DNA of 32,000 nt from Synechococcus sp. A15-28 (GCF_014280175.1 NZ_CP047931.1:180001-212000); one strand, 5' to 3'; positions 16,726 through 29,367 are shown, numbered from the stretch's first letter. A program made the numbers and translations. Notes: generated from the letters alone by a model not told the origin.

Positions 16726-18537
16726 ATGCAGAGCACAACCCTCAGTGATCTTTCGGTTCTGTTGAATCATTTGCCACGGCGGCGTCTGCGGTTGCTGGGG
16801 GTGGTTCTAGTGGCGTCTTTCCTTCAAGGCTTGCTCGATATGTTGTTGGTGGGTCTGATGGCTCGCATGGTTGGCTTGCTTGCGGGCGTGAAGCTGCAGG
16901 ATCAGATCCCGGGGGTTCGCGTGTTTGGTGGGTCGCTATTGGATCAAGCGGGCTGGCTGATTGGTCTGCTGATCGCCGCATTTTGGTTCACCTCCATCAT
17001 TCGTTTCGCTGTGTCGCTGATGCAGAGCATGCTCAGCGCTGAAATCTGGAACGATTTGGTGAACAGGGTGTATGCCAACTTGATGCTGCAACGCTATGCC
17101 TTTTTTACCGAAAATCGAACAGCAAATCTCTCGGAAAGTTTTAACCGAGTTTTGAATCGCATTTCGACGGCAGTGATCAGTCCTCTGATCACCATCGCTG
17201 GCAATTTATTGTCAGTTGTTGTTTTGCTTGTAGGCATCAACATCATTCTTGGCTGGAAAGCCCTGTTGATGTTCACCTTGATGTTGATGGCTTATGTATT
17301 GTCGTCCCGTTTGGTCACCCCTTATTTGCGTTTGGGAACCAAGCAGAGGGTTCGCTACACAAGACGAATTAACATGATTCTGATGGAATCCCTTCGCTCG
17401 ATGCGGGATGTCCAACTTTATTCAGCAGATCAATATTTCACATCTCGTTTTTCCCGCGATGGGGTGATCGCAAAGCGGTACGACCGTCTGACACGACTGC
17501 TTACTGATGTTCCGCGCTATGTGATCGAACCCGTTGCGGTCACCGTTCTCTTCGCCATTGGTGTGGGGCCTTCACTGATCGCTGGGGATATGGAAAGTGT
17601 TCGCGAGAGCTTGCCATTGATTTCAGTGATTCTTGTGACGCTGCTGCGGATTTCTGGTCCGCTTCAGTCCATGTTCCGCAGCGTGAACAAGTTGCGTGGT
17701 GGCTTGCCGGAGATCAAGGATGCTCTCGATCTGCTTCAGCTGAAGCCACAGCGTCTCACCTTGCAAAGCCCGGGTGTTCCATCTCCTAGTGGAGTTTTCC
17801 CCCGTCGTCTGATTCAGCTTGACAACGTCAGTTTCACCTACGCCGGCCGTGATCAGCCTGTGCTTGAGGGGATCAATCTTTCGATTGCTATTGGTTCGCG
17901 GATTGCGCTGGTGGGCCGCACGGGCAGTGGCAAAACAACCTTGGCCCACATCATCCTTGGTCTCTACACCCCAAGTTCTGGGGAGCTTTGCCTCGACGGG
18001 ATTCCCCTTACTGCAGAGGAGATGCCCGCATGGCAGGCCAATTGTGCCTTAGTTCCACAAGATATCCGTTTATTGGATACCAGTGTTCGCGAAAATATCG
18101 CCTTCGGTCAGTCCGCTGACGAAATTGATGATGACGAGGTTTGGAATGCACTTGCTGCGGCTCAATTTGATGACGTTGTGAGCCAGATGCCCTATGGGCT
18201 CTACACGATGATTGGTGAGAATGGTGTGAAGTTGTCAGGAGGACAGCGTCAACGTCTCTCCTTGGCTCGTGCTTTTTATCGGAAGGCAAGCGTCTTGATT
18301 TTGGATGAGGCGACAAGCGCGTTAGACAACAAAACGGAGTATGAGGTAATGCAGGCCCTCGATATCATTGGCCGCCGTTGCACCACGATCGTGATTGCCC
18401 ATCGGTTGTCGACGGTTCGTAAATGTGATCAGGTGTTTGAAGTAAGTCATGGACGCATAAAGGCATCCGGGAGTTTTGAAGATCTCGTCAAAACTTCAGA
18501 CAGTTTCCGTGAGATGAATCGATTGGAATCAACCTGA
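16726..18537 (+). CDS. Fused TMD-NBD ABC exporter (type I exporter half-transporter, MsbA/PglK-like)
   Basis: Six-helix N-terminal domain, then Walker A GRTGSGKTT, signature LSGGQRQRLSLARA, Walker B VLILDEATSALD and H-loop IAHRL. There is no N-terminal C39 peptidase domain. The track starts at TTG 16723; ATG 16726 is the next codon. Confidence 0.9.
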   Translation: MQSTTLSDLSVLLNHLPRRRLRLLGVVLVASFLQGLLDMLLVGLMARMVGLLAGVKLQDQIPGVRVFGGSLLDQAGWLIGLLIAAFWFTSIIRFAVSLMQSMLSAEIWNDLVNRVYANLMLQRYAFFTENRTANLSESFNRVLNRISTAVISPLITIAGNLLSVVVLLVGINIILGWKALLMFTLMLMAYVLSSRLVTPYLRLGTKQRVRYTRRINMILMESLRSMRDVQLYSADQYFTSRFSRDGVIAKRYDRLTRLLTDVPRYVIEPVAVTVLFAIGVGPSLIAGDMESVRESLPLISVILVTLLRISGPLQSMFRSVNKLRGGLPEIKDALDLLQLKPQRLTLQSPGVPSPSGVFPRRLIQLDNVSFTYAGRDQPVLEGINLSIAIGSRIALVGRTGSGKTTLAHIILGLYTPSSGELCLDGIPLTAEEMPAWQANCALVPQDIRLLDTSVRENIAFGQSADEIDDDEVWNALAAAQFDDVVSQMPYGLYTMIGENGVKLSGGQRQRLSLARAFYRKASVLILDEATSALDNKTEYEVMQALDIIGRRCTTIVIAHRLSTVRKCDQVFEVSHGRIKASGSFEDLVKTSDSFREMNRLEST

Positions 18538-18543
18538 TCACCG

Positions 18544-20799
18544 ATGGCTGATTTCGTTGTTTTGGCAACGGCGGATTGGGACCACCGCCTGTGGACGAAC
18601 AAGCAGCACACCGCGCTTTCCCTGCACCGGGCTGGCCACCGCGTGCTGTACGTCGAGTCTCTTGGGTTGCGTCCCCCACGTGCTGATCGTCAGGACCGGC
18701 AGCGAATCGTCAAGCGTCTTAGGCGGATGTTCAACCCGCCGCGCCAGGTTGAGCCAGGCTTGTGGATCTGGTCACCGATGGTGATTCCCGGTGGGACACG
18801 CGGGATGTTGATGCGGATCAACCGGATGCTGCTCAGCGGCTCTCTGGCCTGGGTTCTCCGGCGTCTGCGTTTTCGCTCTCCACTGTTGTGGACTTACAAC
18901 CCGCTGACCGGTCGTTATCTCAACCTCAAACGACGTGCTGCAGCCTCAACGTCGTCCATGTTTTCCGCTGCCGTTTACCACTGCGTCGATCGCATCCATG
19001 CCCAGCCAGGCATGCCCGCGACCTTAATTGCTGACAGCGAGCGCCAGCTGTGTCGCACGGTGAACGTGGTGTTCACCACGTCTCCTGATCTTCAGGCGTC
19101 GTTGATGCGCCTGAATGCCAGCACTTACCACTACGGCAACGTTGCCGATCAGGCCCATTTCGCTGCCGCCCTGCATGCGCCCCGTGCCCCGGAGCCTCTG
19201 GCTGGCATCCCAAAGCCTCGCCTGATGTTTGTCGGCGCGATCGATTCCTACAAGCTTGATCTGCCCATGCTGGCGGCCCTGGCCCGTCAACGTTCGGAGT
19301 GGTCGTTCGTCATGCTGGGCCCTGTTGGCGAGGCGGATCCGGACACAAGCATTACGGCCCTCCAGGCCTTGCCAAATGTGCACGTCATGGGGCTGCAGCC
19401 CTATGACGATTTGCCGGCATGGCTCGCTCACGCCGATGTGGCTCTGCTGCCGCTGCAGGAGAACACCTACACGCAGCACATGTTCCCGATGAAATTCTTC
19501 GAATATCTGGCAGCGGGGCGACCTGTGGTTGCCACCCGAATTCCGGCGTTGCGCCCCTACGCCTCTGGAGCGTTGCTTTGCCCTCCGGATGCGGAGGCGT
19601 TCGATGCCGCTATCGCAATGGCATTGGAGGGTGATGGCCCACCTCTCCATCAGCGCTTGGCGTTGGCCGCTGAACACACTTACGAGAGCCGTACCCGCAA
19701 GATGCTGGCGGATCTGCAGCGGGAGGGATTGTTGGATGCGGCCTCAAGTGGTCGGTCGATGCTGCGGCCCCAAGCCCGGACCTGGCCGTTGCAGCGGCTG
19801 TTGATGCCGGCCCTGTTCCGCTCCGTGCGGTTGCGCAACCTTTGTGGGCGCTGCGAGGCCGGCCGGAAATTATTGGGCTGGATTGATGGGCAACATCCGG
19901 TTGAGCCGAGGGTGCTTGATGCACAGATTCCCCGCCTTATTCAGAAAGGAATGTATGCCGAGGCTTTAGTCCTGATGGAGCGGTCCTGGTTGGAGCTTGG
20001 TCGCAACAATCATTTGAGCCATTTGCTGTTTCGACGTGGTGCCAGGCCCAAGGCGCTGGAGGAGCAGATCGCTTTGTTTGAGACCCTGGGTTCCAGCACC
20101 CGCCTGCCCCTCAGCTACCGCGCCTACTGCAGGGTCGTTTGTGCTTACCGCGCTGCTGAAGCCAACGACCCCGAGCTGATGCGTGCTTCGCTCGCAGCGT
20201 TGGACGCAGTGGCAACAGGTCTGGAAAAAGATCCCAACACACCTTTGTGTCGCCAGGGGAATCGCTTCAACCGCGCCAAGCTGCTGATCTCCTGTTACGC
20301 CACCTCGCTGCGGCTTCATCTCACCCTGGCGGATCGCTCTGGTGCCGCTCGCCTTGGGCGGCGTGCGCTGCAGTTCTGTGCACGCCTCGATCTCAGCATG
20401 ATCGAAACCGATACCTCCTTCCGGCTCACACGGAATCTGATGCGCGTGCTGGCGATCAATGCTGTTGAGGCCTGGGCTTCAGCGGATGTCGCGCTCTACT
20501 GGCAGGCGAGGCAGGCGTTGCAAGCCGTTCATGACCATGCCCATCGACCGGAGCATGATGATCGCGAGGTGCAGGAAGACCACCGTGGCTTCGCCGTACA
20601 GGTGATGGAGCGTGTCGTCTTGATTGACCCCGCCCTCGCTGAAGTGGCCGTAAGGCTCAGGGCCACCGAAGATTTGATGCTCTTGCTGTTCCGCGCCAAG
20701 ATCGTCAACGATGCTTGGGGTGCCGAGCGGTTGCCGGGAGTTTTGCCTTGTTTTGAGGGCTTTCTTAAGCCTCACCCTGCAACGTCGAGCACGTCATGA
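18544..20799 (+). CDS. Two-part protein: N-terminal TuaH-like GT-B glycosyltransferase (about 400 aa) plus a C-terminal helical domain of about 330 aa with unknown function
   Basis: N-terminal FVVLATADWDHRLWTNKQH; later FVGAIDSYKLDL...LPNVHVMG...MFPMKFFEYLAAGRPVVAT. From about residue 420 the sequence is Leu/Ala/Arg-rich with no motif I recognise. ATG start is 6 nt after the ABC stop. Confidence 0.8.
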   Translation: MADFVVLATADWDHRLWTNKQHTALSLHRAGHRVLYVESLGLRPPRADRQDRQRIVKRLRRMFNPPRQVEPGLWIWSPMVIPGGTRGMLMRINRMLLSGSLAWVLRRLRFRSPLLWTYNPLTGRYLNLKRRAAASTSSMFSAAVYHCVDRIHAQPGMPATLIADSERQLCRTVNVVFTTSPDLQASLMRLNASTYHYGNVADQAHFAAALHAPRAPEPLAGIPKPRLMFVGAIDSYKLDLPMLAALARQRSEWSFVMLGPVGEADPDTSITALQALPNVHVMGLQPYDDLPAWLAHADVALLPLQENTYTQHMFPMKFFEYLAAGRPVVATRIPALRPYASGALLCPPDAEAFDAAIAMALEGDGPPLHQRLALAAEHTYESRTRKMLADLQREGLLDAASSGRSMLRPQARTWPLQRLLMPALFRSVRLRNLCGRCEAGRKLLGWIDGQHPVEPRVLDAQIPRLIQKGMYAEALVLMERSWLELGRNNHLSHLLFRRGARPKALEEQIALFETLGSSTRLPLSYRAYCRVVCAYRAAEANDPELMRASLAALDAVATGLEKDPNTPLCRQGNRFNRAKLLISCYATSLRLHLTLADRSGAARLGRRALQFCARLDLSMIETDTSFRLTRNLMRVLAINAVEAWASADVALYWQARQALQAVHDHAHRPEHDDREVQEDHRGFAVQVMERVVLIDPALAEVAVRLRATEDLMLLLFRAKIVNDAWGAERLPGVLPCFEGFLKPHPATSSTS

Positions 20800-21950
20800 C
20801 CCGCAGGGTCGTGCTCTATATCGATTCCCTCAAGACCGGTGGAGCCGAGCGCGTCACTCTTTTGCTTGCACGCTGGCTTGTGGAAACGGGCTGGCAGGCC
20901 ACGGTGCTCACCCGCCATGGTGCGTCCCGTGATTTTTATCCCGTCCCAGCAGGTGTTCAACGGGCTCTCGAACCCGCAGATCCGATTTGGTTAAGACGCT
21001 TCGGGCCGTTGGGTTTTCCCCTTCGCATCCTGCGGTTGCGCGCATGGTTGCGGCGCCATCAACCTGATCTGGTTCTTGGCATGACAACCCTGCCGGCGAT
21101 CAAGCTGCTGCTGGCGGTGCGGGGCCTGGCTTGTCCAGCCATCGTCTCGGAACGGAACTTCCCTCCTTTGAAGCGGCCGAGTTGGCCTTGGCGGTTGCTG
21201 CGGCGGCTCACTTACCCATGGGCCCAGCTGCATCTTGTCCAAACCGAGGCCACGGGGCACTGGCTGGCCCAGCATTTGAGGGCGCGCCCCCAACTCTGTC
21301 TGCCCAACCCCGTGGCCTGGCCTTTGCCCCGGTTTGCGCCTGACCCCGACCCCATCGCTTGGCTGGTCCGCCGGAATGTCGGGGCTGACCAGCAGGTGCT
21401 CCTGGCTGTGGGAACCAAATCCCATCAAAAGGGCTTTGACCGCTTGGTCGCGATGTTCGGCCTGTTGGTGCAGCGGCATCCCGCCGTGCATCTGGTGATC
21501 CTTGGCCTCGATCAGGAGCTCTATCACGGTGTTGACCAACAGGCTCAGTTGCGCCGATTGCTGCCGCAGGCATCCCACCGCTTGCACTTCCCCGGGCGGG
21601 TGGGAAATGTTCAGGATTGGTACGAGCGGGCCGATATGTTCCTGCTCCCTTCTCGCTATGAGGGTTTTCCCAACGTGCTGCTCGAAGCCATGGCCAGCGG
21701 CTGTTGTTGCGTCTCTTCCGACTGCCCCCAGGGCCCAGCCGAGTTGATCCGTGATGGCGTTGATGGTCGTTTGTTGGCGAACGGTGCCACCCCGGAGACC
21801 TGGGCTGAGCTGGTGTCGGAGCTGCTGGAGGACTCAGGCCAACGCCTGCGATTTGGAGATGCGGCTCTGGAGGTGCGTCAACGCTTTTCCGAGGAACGCT
21901 TGCGCCGTTGTTTCATGCACGGCGTGGCGCAGCTGGTGGGTGATGACTGA
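20796..21950 (+). CDS. GT4-family glycosyltransferase
   Basis: VVLYIDSLKTGGAERV at the N-terminus and EX7E motif YEGFPNVLLEAMASG. The ATG overlaps the upstream stop (ATGA at 20796-20799). Confidence 0.85.
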   Translation: MTRRVVLYIDSLKTGGAERVTLLLARWLVETGWQATVLTRHGASRDFYPVPAGVQRALEPADPIWLRRFGPLGFPLRILRLRAWLRRHQPDLVLGMTTLPAIKLLLAVRGLACPAIVSERNFPPLKRPSWPWRLLRRLTYPWAQLHLVQTEATGHWLAQHLRARPQLCLPNPVAWPLPRFAPDPDPIAWLVRRNVGADQQVLLAVGTKSHQKGFDRLVAMFGLLVQRHPAVHLVILGLDQELYHGVDQQAQLRRLLPQASHRLHFPGRVGNVQDWYERADMFLLPSRYEGFPNVLLEAMASGCCCVSSDCPQGPAELIRDGVDGRLLANGATPETWAELVSELLEDSGQRLRFGDAALEVRQRFSEERLRRCFMHGVAQLVGDD

Positions 21951-23202
21951 ATCAGTGTCGACTGCAGGCCGTGATGATCTGTGGCTCGTGTTGCCCCATC
22001 TCGGAGCGGGGGGCGCTCAGAAAGTGGCCTTGATTGCTGCCCGTCATTTTGCGGCGCAGGGCTTGAAGGTGAAGCTGGTGACGCTGATCCCGGGGCATCC
22101 TGTGGCCCATGCCCTCCCCGACGGGATTCCTTGGCTCGAACTGGGGGCGTCGACCCATCGCTCCTGGGGGGCCCGCGGCGGTCGTTTCGCCCTGGCGCAG
22201 CTTGACAAGCTGATCCGCTTGTTCTTTCAGCTGCAGTTGCGCTGGTTAGAGGGTTGGTTTCAAACCTGCGTCCATCCCGAGAGGCGGGGTTTGGCCATGC
22301 GGCTCTTTCATGTCGGCACCGAGGCGATGGCTGGCTTGCGTTTGCGCCAGTTGCGCCGGGAGTTCCGCCGTCAGCGGCCCCATCGGGTTTTGGCTCTGCT
22401 GACCCGCACCAACATCACCTGTTGTTGTGCTGCCTGGGATTTGCCGATCCACCTTGTTGTGTCGGAGCGCAACGACCCCTCGCTTCAGCTGCTGCCGGAG
22501 GTGTGGCAGCGCCTGCGGCCGCTTGCCTATCGCCGGGCCGATGTGGTGACCGCCAACACAGCCGGCGTTCTCTCGGCTTTGGACTCCATGGGGGCGTGGG
22601 AGCGGTTGGCCCTTCTGCCCAATCCGTTGCCCGGTGCCTCCAAGGCTGCGGCTCGCGGAGATCAATCGTGGGCCTCTGGCTTCATCAGTGTTGCCAGGTT
22701 GGTGCCCCAGAAAGGCCTTGATGTCTTGGTCGCTGCTCTGCCGAGGTTGAGCGGATCAGCAGCTGGATGGCCCGTCAACCTGGTGGGTGATGGGCCCGAG
22801 CGTGAGGCGTTGCAGCAACAGGCCAAGGATCTGGGGGTCTCCAGTCGGCTGCGCTTCCTGGGCTTTCGCTCGGATCCAGATCGGTTCCTGGCAGAGGCTG
22901 CCGTGTTTGTGCTCCCCTCCCGTTTTGAAGGCATGCCCAATGCTCTGCTGGAGGCCATGGCTGCCGGTCTGGCCGTGATCGTGACGGACGCATCTCCTGG
23001 CCCTCTGGAGGTGGTTGAGCCCGGGATCAGTGGATTGGTCGTTCCTAGTGATGATCCGGCCGCTCTAGCGGAAGCCATGCAGGCGCTGGTCTCGGATCCA
23101 GACCGCTGCCGTCGGATGGGGGCAGCGGCCAAGGCGCGAATTGCTGCGTTGGATTGGCCCCGGTTGGAACCGCTCTGGCGGTCGATCCTGGCGTTGTCAT
23201 GA
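21943..23202 (+). CDS. GT4-family glycosyltransferase
   Basis: LWLVLPHLGAGGAQKV at the N-terminus and EX7E motif FEGMPNALLEAMAAG. The track ORF starts at 21751 inside the previous gene. The in-frame ATG at 21943 overlaps the upstream gene by 8 nt and gives a normal GT4 N-terminus. Confidence 0.85.
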   Translation: MTESVSTAGRDDLWLVLPHLGAGGAQKVALIAARHFAAQGLKVKLVTLIPGHPVAHALPDGIPWLELGASTHRSWGARGGRFALAQLDKLIRLFFQLQLRWLEGWFQTCVHPERRGLAMRLFHVGTEAMAGLRLRQLRREFRRQRPHRVLALLTRTNITCCCAAWDLPIHLVVSERNDPSLQLLPEVWQRLRPLAYRRADVVTANTAGVLSALDSMGAWERLALLPNPLPGASKAAARGDQSWASGFISVARLVPQKGLDVLVAALPRLSGSAAGWPVNLVGDGPEREALQQQAKDLGVSSRLRFLGFRSDPDRFLAEAAVFVLPSRFEGMPNALLEAMAAGLAVIVTDASPGPLEVVEPGISGLVVPSDDPAALAEAMQALVSDPDRCRRMGAAAKARIAALDWPRLEPLWRSILALS

Positions 23203-24323
23203 CCGCTCGTGTCCTTGTATTGGCCCCGACCCGGCGGGCGCGGACGGAAACCTTTGTGCGCGCCAATCTGGCCCGCTTGCCCTTTGCGGTGGAGGCCTGT
23301 TTCGGGGATGAGATGCCTTGGCGCGAGCCCCTCAAAGCGCTCTATGGCTTGGCGGTGCTCACCAGCAAGGTCTGCACCCGCTTGGGCTGGCTCCGGCTGG
23401 CCACGCTGCCCACTTCAATCGTGGCCATGCTTTTGGTGAAACGCCACCGGCCGGATGTGGTGATGGTGGAGTTCGGTTTTCATGCCGTAAGGGTGATGGA
23501 GCTGGCTCGTCTTGGAGTTCCCCTGGCAGTTCACTTCCGCGGCGCCGATGCCTCAGCGGAGCGTTACCTGAAGCGCCTCGAGCAGCGCTACCGCCGTTTG
23601 TTTCAGCTCACCTCGGCTGTGATCGTCAAAAACCAAACGATGCGGAGCCGATTGATCTCCCTCGGAGCCCAGCCGGCACAGCTCGTGATCAGTCCATCCG
23701 GTGCCGATGAGCAGCGGTTTCAGGGGTCCATTCCCGCATCCATGCCTCCGCGGTTTCTGGCGGTGGGCCGCTTTGTGGCCAAAAAAGGTCCGCTGGACAC
23801 CCTGGAGGCTTTTGCTCTCTTGCAAGGCCTTACGGATCATGCTGATGCCTGCAGCCTGGTGATGGTGGGTGATGGCCCTCTCCTTTCCGTCGTGCAGGAA
23901 AGGGCTCATCAGCTGGGACTTGAGCATCTTGTTCAGTTCCCAGGTGTTCTTTCTCCGGATGCAGTGGTGCAGGAGATGAGGCGTGCACGGGTGTTTGTGC
24001 AGCATTCCCGCACAGCGGAAGATGGCGATGAGGAGGGATGCCCGGTCTCCGTGATGGAAGCTCAGCTTTGTGGTCTGCCCGTTGTGGCGACCCGTCATGG
24101 CGGGATTACTGAAGTGGTTGTGGATCAACAGACCGGAACGCTGGTGGAGGAAGGCGACCGTCGGGGGATGGCGGAGGCCATGGCCTTGCTGGCTGATCGT
24201 CCCGAACTTGCCGCTGCTTGGGGGGCTGCCGGTCAACGTCGGAGCCAGGCACGATTCACCGTGAAGCACCACGTGGATCAGATCACAATGCTGCTCAACG
24301 ATCTGGTGGACCACAGACGATGA
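23199..24323 (+). CDS. GT4-family glycosyltransferase
   Basis: EX7E motif EEGCPVSVMEAQLCGLPVVATRHGG. The in-frame ATG at 23199 overlaps the upstream stop (ATGA at 23199-23202). Confidence 0.85.
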   Translation: MTARVLVLAPTRRARTETFVRANLARLPFAVEACFGDEMPWREPLKALYGLAVLTSKVCTRLGWLRLATLPTSIVAMLLVKRHRPDVVMVEFGFHAVRVMELARLGVPLAVHFRGADASAERYLKRLEQRYRRLFQLTSAVIVKNQTMRSRLISLGAQPAQLVISPSGADEQRFQGSIPASMPPRFLAVGRFVAKKGPLDTLEAFALLQGLTDHADACSLVMVGDGPLLSVVQERAHQLGLEHLVQFPGVLSPDAVVQEMRRARVFVQHSRTAEDGDEEGCPVSVMEAQLCGLPVVATRHGGITEVVVDQQTGTLVEEGDRRGMAEAMALLADRPELAAAWGAAGQRRSQARFTVKHHVDQITMLLNDLVDHRR

Positions 24324-25174
24324 GCAGCCAACGCCTGAAGTTGCTGCTGATCCGTGGTCTCGGCCACAGCGGCACAACGATGCTGGATCTGGCTCTTGGG
24401 GCGCATCCGCAAATCATTGGCCTGGGTGAGGCGGCGCGAATTCTGGCGATGCCACAACCGGGGGACGAGCATCGCGGGCCCAGTCAACTTCGTGGTGCCC
24501 ACCGGTTTGAGCGGCGTTGCACCTGTGGGGTCGTTGCAGCGGAGTGCCCAATCTGGGGCCCTCAGCTTGAGTGGCTTCGCCTGCACGACCAAAGGCCGAT
24601 GCAGGAGAAAGTGCTGCGGCTGCTAAAGCGTTCCCCCCACGACGGCGGGGCCGTCTGGCATGTGGATTCGTACCAGGACGATCTGGAGATGACGCGGTTT
24701 CCCGAGACGATGTTTGACATCCGGATCATCCATCTCGTGCGCGATGTGCGCTCCTGGGTGCATTCCCGCGCCAGGGCCGGCCGCAAGTCCGGCCTCCGCT
24801 GGCCTGCCATGCGTCAGCTGGCGCGTTGGTGGCGTGTCAATGCCAAGTTCGAACGGTCTTTCCGGCAGTCTCCTTACCCGGTGTTTCATCTGGGTTATGA
24901 GGAATTTGCGCTTCAACCCCAGCGCAGTTTGGAGTTGCTCTCCACCTGGCTGTCCATCGATTTTCAGGATTCGATGCTGGCTCCCGGCCAGAACAGCAGC
25001 AGCCACATCCTTGCGGGCAATCGGGTGCGTTTTGATCTGGAGCGCAGTCGAAGAATTGCCTACGACGGCGCCTGGTTGGGTGTGCCGGCACCCACGGCTG
25101 CGCATCTCGGCTTGCTTTTGCCCAACGTGGCTCGCATGAACCGCCGCTTGGTGTATTCCAACGGTTTGCTTTAA
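24320..25174 (+). CDS. PAPS-dependent sulfotransferase, here called type A
   Basis: P-loop-like 5'-phosphosulfate-binding motif LLLIRGLGHSGTTMLDL and 3'-phosphate-binding-type motif IIHLVRDVRSWVHS. The in-frame ATG at 24320 overlaps the upstream stop (ATGA at 24320-24323). Confidence 0.8.
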   Translation: MSSQRLKLLLIRGLGHSGTTMLDLALGAHPQIIGLGEAARILAMPQPGDEHRGPSQLRGAHRFERRCTCGVVAAECPIWGPQLEWLRLHDQRPMQEKVLRLLKRSPHDGGAVWHVDSYQDDLEMTRFPETMFDIRIIHLVRDVRSWVHSRARAGRKSGLRWPAMRQLARWWRVNAKFERSFRQSPYPVFHLGYEEFALQPQRSLELLSTWLSIDFQDSMLAPGQNSSSHILAGNRVRFDLERSRRIAYDGAWLGVPAPTAAHLGLLLPNVARMNRRLVYSNGLL

Positions 25175-25196
25175 CGGGCTGCTCCGGTGGGTCGCC

Positions 25197-26027
25197 TCAG
25201 GCGTCTCCCCAGGTCATCGCGGTGCCCCAGTGCTGCTCAACACCGAGATCCGGACACCGTTCCTGGACCGCTTTCACCAACGGGGTGAAGTGCTGGCCAA
25301 GACGCCGCAACACCTCCGTTGGAACAGCGGTGGTGGCCTGACTGGCATTCACCCTGTGGCTCAGTTCAGGGATCTGCTCTGGGATGCACAGGCAACGGCA
25401 CAAGGCACAGTGATTCGCTGCCGTAAACAAGGTTTCGTAGAGGCCGATGAACACGTCGGAGGCTGCAAGACCTGTCCGGAGTGCATCGAGGGTCGCGGGG
25501 TAATCGCTTCGGGGAGATTCACGTTTGAGCAGCTTGAGGCTGGCCTTGCTCAGATGTTCGATTTCATGCTCGGGCTGGAGCAGGCCACGCTTGCGCAGTT
25601 GCATGCGTTGCTGCGACAGGAACCGTTCCACCGGGTCGCGCATGATGAACACTGCTCGCATCTGCACGCCACGTTCCTGGAAGGCGTCTTTGATGCGCCT
25701 GAAGCTTTGCGCGCTTAACCCGGCATAGGACGGGGTGATGTCCCCCGTGAGTCGGATATGGGGTGGCTTGAGCCGTGATGCGAAGTAGTCGAAGTAGCGC
25801 TCGGGTTGTTCCATGAACCGCGCCCGCCGCCAAGTGCGCCACTTCAATGGTGTGGGGTTCTTGGGCCGGAAGGAGGAACAGTGTTCCAGCTCCAGAGCAT
25901 CGAAAACGTGGTACTCCTTTAAGAAGCCGAAATCAGCATCCTTCCTGCGGTTCAGTTGATCGTGCAGCCAGGAGGTTCCTGCTTTCTGGGCGCCAACGCC
26001 GAGCAGAAAGGTTGCGTCAGAGGCCAA
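25197..26027 (-). CDS. PAPS-dependent sulfotransferase, here called type B
   Basis: 5'-PSB motif GVGAQKAGTSWLHDQL and 3'-PB motif VFIMRDPVERFLSQ. The only start upstream of the PSB motif is TTG at 26027. It lies 24 nt downstream of kdsA and in the same frame. Confidence 0.8.
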   Translation of the reverse strand: MASDATFLLGVGAQKAGTSWLHDQLNRRKDADFGFLKEYHVFDALELEHCSSFRPKNPTPLKWRTWRRARFMEQPERYFDYFASRLKPPHIRLTGDITPSYAGLSAQSFRRIKDAFQERGVQMRAVFIMRDPVERFLSQQRMQLRKRGLLQPEHEIEHLSKASLKLLKRESPRSDYPATLDALRTGLAASDVFIGLYETLFTAANHCALCRCLCIPEQIPELSHRVNASQATTAVPTEVLRRLGQHFTPLVKAVQERCPDLGVEQHWGTAMTWGDA

Positions 26028-26051
26028 GAGGTTTTGCCGAGAAAAACTGCA

Positions 26052-29359
<3,308 letters not shown>

Positions 29360-29367
<8 letters not shown>

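Noticed and set aside
16726-18537. Considered whether the ABC exporter is a bacteriocin or peptide exporter marking an RiPP cluster
   Set aside because: It has no N-terminal C39 peptidase domain. No precursor-peptide-like small ORFs or modification enzymes are nearby, and the context is entirely glycosyltransferases.
21751-21942. Upstream extensions of track ORFs (21751-21942, and likewise 23154-23198, 24218-24319, 26907-26975, 16723-16725)
   Set aside because: Each extension overlaps the end of the preceding well-supported gene and has an implausible composition. In every case an in-frame ATG at a start/stop overlap (or tandem ATGs for kdsA) gives a family-typical N-terminus.
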